A program made the position numbers and the translations under genes. Positions 57,473 through 64,000 of a stretch of DNA of 64,000 bases are shown here, one piece after another. The DNA comes from Vitrella brassicaformis CCMP3155 (taxonomy: Eukaryota > Protista > Chromerida), in NCBI GenBank assembly GCA_001179505.1, contig CDMY01000453.1, positions 10,060 through 74,059 of the forward strand, in the 5' to 3' direction. How positions within the stretch are numbered: the stretch's first letter is position 1; each line of letters starts with the position of its first letter. Below the pieces are notes generated by a model. It was not told the DNA's origin. It did no database searches and was given only the letters and a program-made list of their open reading frames with translations.

Positions 57473-58466
57473 GAAGATGGTCTCGTTCCCCATGGTTGAT
57501 TGACCACTAACACGGCTGCACAGCGGGGGAGATGATGATGCAGGCGGGAAAAACCTTTGCGAGCTGCAAGCTTATGAGAGGATCGCGGAGGGAGACGAGA
57601 AGCCGAGAAGGCAGCCTTCGTCGGCGTCATTATGGAGGTGTTGGCATGTACATCGTTATGCAGTTGAGAAAAAACGCAGCGGACTCATGTTTTCTGCGTG
57701 TGGAAAGGTGGGTGGCGGCGGGTCCAGTGTACGGGAGCAGATGTAGGGATGTAGGTGCGTGTTTGGGCTGGGCTGGGACGCGTGTGCGCGGCGAGGAAGA
57801 TTGAGTGATATGTACGCATGCTGGACTCCTCATCCAGACGCTCACTCTCTCTCTCTCTCTCTCTCTCGTGTTCGCCATTCCCTCATCCATCCAGCCCATA
57901 TGCAGTCGATGAGCAACTCACTGACACGCTGATGCATTCCACTGAGTATTGTGAGTGACACACAGCTTATTATGCGCTACACAGCAGCTTATCAACCAGC
58001 AAACAAACACTGCAGCAACCACTAGACGGCACATGCTGGAAACAGGCCGACCGACCCCCGGGATGTCGACCATACAGAAGCCGGGGCTGGCGCATGACTT
58101 ATAAATATGTACCACAACAGATGCACCGCGCCCCAGGCACTAGTCGGCTAGTGTATGTGGTCAGTCGATTTCTTTTAAAGCCAAGAAATAAGAAATGCCC
58201 CCACAAGCAAGCAAAGCCTTTTCGAAGGAGCGAAGCTTAAGGGAAAACGGCCAATCGCAGACACACGCGCGCCACGCACCCACTGCAGCAAAGGAAGGCG
58301 CAGACAGTAATACAGACAGACGAAAAATACTCAGCAGACGTCCGTCGTAGGCAGGCAGTCGGCCATATATTGCGTTCATTCAACGTGCCTAAATCCTATG
58401 TATACCTCTAAGGCCTAATGAGCCCCGCCCGCCCTCTGTTCTCACTCCTGGGTCGGGGTCGGGTGG

Positions 58467-61400
58467 TTATGGGGCAGGGGGAGGGAGACAGTCGTCACTG
58501 CACGTGAGCTTCCCGGACGTCGCGAAAATGGTGAAGTGCTTAAACGTGGCGCAGTTCCTGTGCACACACACATTCAAGAGATTAACAGGTAGGGCAGGGG
58601 GCAGTGATCAAACCCGAGATAGTCTGGTCCCTGAGCTGGGTCGATCGTCAAGCCAAATGTTCTCATGGTGTTGAGGGACTGCATCTCGCGAAGAAGGTCA
58701 AGCCAAAGATCGAACGGTACTGAGGGATGGCAATGGACAGATGGCCATCATGCAGTCAAACAGGCAGGGAGACAGACAGAGAGACAGACGGGTAGAATAA
58801 GAGTCGAGGGTGGAGTGTCCCTTTGTCTCACCCAGTGTCTGAGTCATCGGCAGCGTCTCGCTATGGCAAGCATAGCCATCTCCATTGTTGTCGAGCTTTA
58901 CGAAGTGGCGCAAAAGGTCCTGACACGCCTCCTCCTCGCAGGGGACCTCTTGAGGGAGCAATTCCTCCTCTCCTCTTCGGCCTGACCGAGAAGGGCAGAA
59001 AGGGTCTGCGTCACGGTCTGTCTCTGGAAATATGAGTGACATGGCTTACAAGGGTCCAGTTCGGTTATCATTTCCTTGAGTGGTGACGGGTGGCCATCCA
59101 AAGTGAGCCAACCGGACGAGCAGATCGGGTTAATGCCTGCAAACACATACCAACGGCAGATCACTTTTTTCTCAATGTTTCAGCTGCGTGTGTCTCTCTG
59201 TGTGTGTTTGAGCCGACCCGTGTTCAGAACGTTCAGCGTGTCCCTGAGTCTTGTAATCTCTATTGGCAGGCTGCCCAGCAGATTGTTCCTCAGAGAAAGG
59301 ATTTGCAGGCTCCTTGCCTCCCCGACAGTGCTGGGCAGGTCAACGATCAAGTTGGAGTCGAAGTAAGCGCGAGACAAGAGAGGCAGCTTGAACAGAGAGG
59401 ATGGGAGGGCCTTCACGGCTGCAAGAAACAACCATGTGACACAGACGGATGGTGGGGTGCTGCGACCGCTTGTTCACCTGAATACTCCCAGATGACCAGC
59501 CTTAAATACTTGAGGTGCTTTCCGATCTCGTCTCTCATCTCGGTAACGTTGTGTTTCAGCCTGTCGGTCGCATGCTAATGCAAGCACACCAGACACAAAG
59601 AGACAGACAGGCAGATATGCGCGAGAAAAGTGCCGTGCAGTGTCCGGCTCACTTCCAACTCGGGGTAGAAAGCGGCAACCTATCGTAGAGAACACCAGCA
59701 CGCACCACACGCCGTTGCTGCCGCAGCCAGGGCCGTGCCGTGATTACCTCTAGCGTCGAGTAGTGGCTGATGGCTTCATTGAATGCTTCAATGTCAGTGT
59801 CATCTTTCGTCGTCATGACTCGACAGTCACACCTGCAACCAAACATAGCAGAGGGGCCGGCGAGCGCATGTGTGTCCTTAGTTGTGTTATGGGTGTGTCT
59901 CTTGTCTGACGGGATGCGGAAGCCGGGTAGGATGAAATCCTCGGTTTCCCGCTTCAGGCCTTCGTTTTGGCCCAAAATGGAGTCCGAATCCAGCTGTCTG
60001 AACGGTGGTGAGGTCGGATAGGTGCAGATATGAAATCCAGGCAGGTGACGGCATACATATCCAGCTGACACATGTACACAGACACACAGATAGGTACATG
60101 TCTCTCTTCCACGACGGATCGCGGTATCTTTGTACCTCTCGCAGTCTGCATGATGATCCACCCGAAGGGGGCCCAGGCAAGCAAGAGCGATAGCGCAGAC
60201 ACCCATTTTGCAATGAGCACGTCCAACACGCGAACCATCGGCACCTTCACTTTGGCTCTTTTTGTGCCATGACGGGTCGGAGTGCCCTCACGCGCGGCTG
60301 ACAGGTCGCTGTTGGCTGGAAGCAGCTCGGACTCCCGGCGCTCTTCCCGATCGTCCTCCCCTGTGGATATGCTGGTCCTGTGCTCGGATGGGGCCAGGGC
60401 GATGCTCACGCGAGTAGCCTTGCGGTCAAGACGTGGTCTGCTGTCAGATTTGAGGATCGACTGGAGTCGTTTCATCTCTGGCTTCATGTCTGACTGCTCC
60501 TCAGAGGCTCCCTCGTCAAGGCTGTCACGCTTGCTTGTCGAGCTCCGCTGGCTGATGGTCGGCGACGAGTCAGTTGAAGACGAAGCGAATTGAGATGAAG
60601 AGGCAGCGTGCTGTGAGGCGTCTACTGCCATCTGTGTGATCTCGGGTACCGGCGGGAGGAGGCCCTCTCCTAGCACGTCCAAAAGGCTGTTCCGCTTTGT
60701 GGAGCGCCGTCGCCCCTGGTCCTCCGGGAGGTCCGGATCGATGTCGATGAAAATGTCGACAGCTTCGATATGTTCAGGGACGTCAGAGTCCACTGATATG
60801 CGTGGCGCTCTTCTGGGCACTTCTTCCTTGCTGCAGTCTTCCTCGGTGTGGACGTCCTTGGGCGGTCGATGCGCTTTCAGTGCGTGCAGGAGCAGAACTT
60901 CGTGGCGGATACAGAATGGGCTGTCGCCTGCAGATGCAGAAGAAAAAGGAGTCAAGAGAGAAAAGCTGGCCGGACTGACCTTCACGCACGATTGACAACT
61001 GGCTCCGCCGGCCGACTGAGGCGTGGCTTTCGCTGAAGACCCGATCCCGCTGCTTTGGTGACACCCGTTTCTCGACGGCAGCGGTATCGCCCTCCTGCTG
61101 CTGCTCGAGGTCGTCGAGGCGGGTCGGCATGGACTTGAGGGAGTCCTTCTTGTCTCTCCTGCTAGCCGTGGAGAATATCGACCACCGCTCTGGCTTCCGC
61201 GACTCCACTTTGCCCCGCTTGTCGCTCACATCGGACCGCTGACTCCTCAGCTCAGGCTGAGGCATGTCTCGCCAGCCAGGCATCGCCAACCGAGCGAGCA
61301 GCGAGGGGCGCTGTCCCCCTGGCAGTGCCATCTGAGAGCCACGCTTGGCGCCTCGGCCAACCCGTCTGGATGAACGTCTTTCGGGAGACCGCTCCACCTT

Positions 61401-64000
61401 TGGGAACTGGAAGTCGGTGTCGAGCCACTCGTCCAGATTCCCAATCATACCCAGTTGGTCAAAGAACAACTGTCTACCACCGCTGACAAAGGAACGGTAA
61501 GCAAAACCACCGAATCGCTTCTAAACACGACTTGCTCGCTTCCGTACCTCTGGAGGCTCGACTTTCTCTTGGATCCCTTCCGTGAGCCCGATTTGCTGTC
61601 CCCCGTCTGCCTGCGGGACTGGGCTGAGCTCTGGAGCTGGGTTGTCGGCTTTCCAAAAAAGGCAAAGATGGACTGGCGCATGGTGGATGACGGTCTCGAC
61701 TCCCGGGATGGTCGTTTGCTGGACGTGGCGATTGACACTGCCGGTGAGCCGCCCCCCGCTTCTTGGCCACCGATCTCCTGAGGATATGATGATAGCTTAA
61801 TTCCAGCACCGAAGTCATCAACAAAGATGGATACCTGGAATTGCTCGTAGAAGGTAACGCCAGAACGGATAGTGGGCTTAGTCGCCAGGACGGGGATCAT
61901 TGGCCGCTCGCCCGCTTGCTCTGGGCGTGGCAGCGACAGCGCCGCATCGGCCGTTGAGATGTCTCCTTCCGTGGGGCCTCCCTCCTCGCCTTCCTCCATC
62001 ACAGCCGTCAGCGCATGTGTTGGCTTCGCAGACCCCTTCTCAGCCTCTGCATCCTCTATGGCTTGGTTCACCTCTTGAAGCTGCCCGCGAACACCCAAAA
62101 AGATGAATTTGCAAGAGACTTCAGAACCGTCGCTTGGCTCACTTACATGTAAGCCGGCCACTCGTCGCTTCTGCCGGGCCTTGTATGAGTAGCTGCCCTG
62201 TAGATAAGATAAGACGCACAAGCAGAGATAAAGGCGGTCAAGTCTTCGGCAGAGAGGCGTCTCTTGCCTTGAGAAGGAGAAGGGCGTCAAGCGTGCGCAA
62301 ACTCCTGCGGTGACAGACAGCCCGAAACATGCCTTCTCCCTGCCTGCGTTGCAAGTTTTGCATCCCCACCACAGTGCGACAAGGAGGGGAATAACCGAAG
62401 AGAGCATCCACAGAATGCCTGTGGACCTCAAGCCGAGAAGCGACGCGTGCGAGAAAGGATTCCAAGAGACACGCGTCTGCAAGAAGCTCCCAGCGACACA
62501 GAAAGCGTGGAGGGCATACCTGCAGAGCAAACACAAAAATGAGACTCATATCCTAATGCAGCGGGTGAAAAGTGCACTTCAGGGCGTACAGCAGTGGAAG
62601 GACAATGGAGGCAAAGATGGCAAATCCTCGTTGGCTCGTGTAGCAGAGAAGAGCGACAACCTGCAGGCACAATGAAGCAACACATACACAGTGAATGCAA
62701 CAGAGGAGTTTGTGCAGCAGGCGGCACGCTCGGGCAGCCCAGCACACCAGGGCGTGAGATGCTGCACACCACAACCAGCAGAGACATGGTCTGGACATCG
62801 TTCACTGGCTTGAGTGTCAATCGTGCTGCGAACCTATGATTCCGCCAAGCGATAGGAAGACCTATGGCCACACACACGCACACAGAGTCCACTCGCTTTG
62901 GGCGATAACGGCACTCACCGCCGCAGGTGCGGCAGGGATTTCGGTCACTGGGAGAGGGAAGAGCTCCAAGCCGCAGTAGCTGATCATCCTGAGGATCTGG
63001 AGGACAAGAGTACCCACCTGCACAAACAAACACACACGTGTGTGTTCCTTATCCACGCGCATGGACAAGTAGAGAGCACCGCACCTCAAGTACGCTGTAG
63101 TTGACCCAGAACAGTTTGCCGGTGACTCCCACTGTGAGGCATACACACACAGATGGCTGCCGGGATGCGCGGGTGACTTCCACCGGAGCGCTTACCGTTG
63201 CGCACAATGACCAGCCACACACCATAGACGAAGTTGCGCACTTTGATCCAAGCGTCCGACAATTGCCGCATCCGGGAGCTCGTGGCCGTGGATGTCGTGC
63301 TGTCCTCCTTCGGAGGCTGCACCGTCTCAGCTGCCTACGCAGACAGACGATAGAAAGGCAGAGCGTGTGTATGTGTGCTTCCCGTACAATCTACCCCGGC
63401 GTCGGTGTCATTGGGAGGAAGACAGCGAGGCGTTCGTGACTTGTCTTCCCCACTGGTGGTCTCCTCGGGTGACGTTCGATCAGAGGCGTGGGGTGACCTG
63501 GCGTTAAAGGCGGTTTTCGGCGAGAGGAGGCGCTTCTCACGGGCTTTCGTGGCCGACTCACTGATCATCGAACCCTCTCTCATGCGTCGGGTGAGTTTCT
63601 GCAAAGCATCAAGCAGCAGCACGACACAACCAAGAGCTTGAGCATGAGCTTTGTTGGCCAGAGGCTCTCTCTCTCTCTCTCTCTCTCTTGCATCCGTCAG
63701 TCATCGATTTACATTCAGTGTGGCCTTCCACCGCCTGACGTACGACACACAAGAATCACCGTTATGCCGTTGCGCCACCACTATGCATTTCAGGCTTACT
63801 TGAAGTTCCAGTACTACACCCAAGCAAACAAGCAAGGCAGCCAGGCAGACAGACAGACAACGACATGAGCAGTGAAGACAGACTGCCGGGCTGCGCAGTC
63901 CTTACCTCGACGCACTGTTTCCATCTGATGATGTGTGAGTACAGGATGGCGAGGGCGAGCGCGCAGAGGCAGATCCACCCACTGCTGAACCAGAAGCGGT
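58467..64000 (-). CDS. Multi-TM protein with a long low-complexity loop, C-terminal Cys-rich segment, LRRs and an EF-hand-like loop; 5' end lies beyond the right edge
   Basis: TM exons: WICLCALALAILYSHII, VGTLVLQILRMISY, FAIFASIVLPLLYALK, GILWMLSSVIPLLVALWW, KWVSALSLLLAWAPFGWIIM. LRR exon 59418-59218: VKALPSSLFKLPLLSRAYFDSNLIVDLPSTVGEARSLQILSLRNNLLGSLPIEITRLRDTLNVL. Loop DNNGDGYACHSE at 58892-58857. The terminal exon and stop are approximate. Confidence 0.7.

Noticed and set aside
1-64000. tRNA, rRNA or snoRNA genes
   Set aside because: No cloverleaf, rRNA-like or clear box C/D pattern was recognised by eye; tRNAscan-SE/Infernal would be needed to exclude them formally.

Overview
Intron-rich eukaryotic genomic DNA with short GT-AG introns full of (TG/CA)n, (AGAC)n and (ATCC)n microsatellites and two 300-N assembly gaps. 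The sequence style, an apicomplexan-type RPL41 and the ankyrin and BTB-TLDc family types suggest a chromerid alveolate such as Vitrella brassicaformis; this is inference, not a database result. I spliced exons by hand, and most entries in the ORF track are spurious or are single exons. Left to right: (1) the 5' end of an NRPS-type adenylation-domain gene running off the left edge; (2) a secreted multi-PAN/apple protein; (3) an ankyrin-repeat protein; (4) a small secreted protein; (5) a ~19-kb minus-strand gene that appears to encode one giant polycystin-1-like adhesion receptor (signal peptide, PAN, F5/8C-like, trefoil, bacterial-type Ig, Myxococcus Cys repeat, REJ, GAIN/GPS, multi-TM); (6) RNase T2; (7) a doubly frameshifted BTB-TLDc gene; (8) a 39-aa RPL41 absent from the ORF track; (9) GPATCH3; (10) a small gene with duplicated terminal exons; (11) a PPR protein; (12) a CENP-B/Tc5 HTH protein without a transposase domain; (13) a small secreted Cys-rich peptide between two copies of a ~300-bp repeat; (14) a CAF16/ABCI-type ATPase; (15) C9orf78/Tls1; (16) a SMIM14-like microprotein; (17) a multi-TM protein; (18) a multi-TM protein with C-terminal LRRs and an EF-hand-like loop running off the right edge. 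No rRNA, tRNA, CRISPR array or intact transposon was recognised. Exon boundaries and gene continuity are manual predictions and need RNA-seq confirmation.
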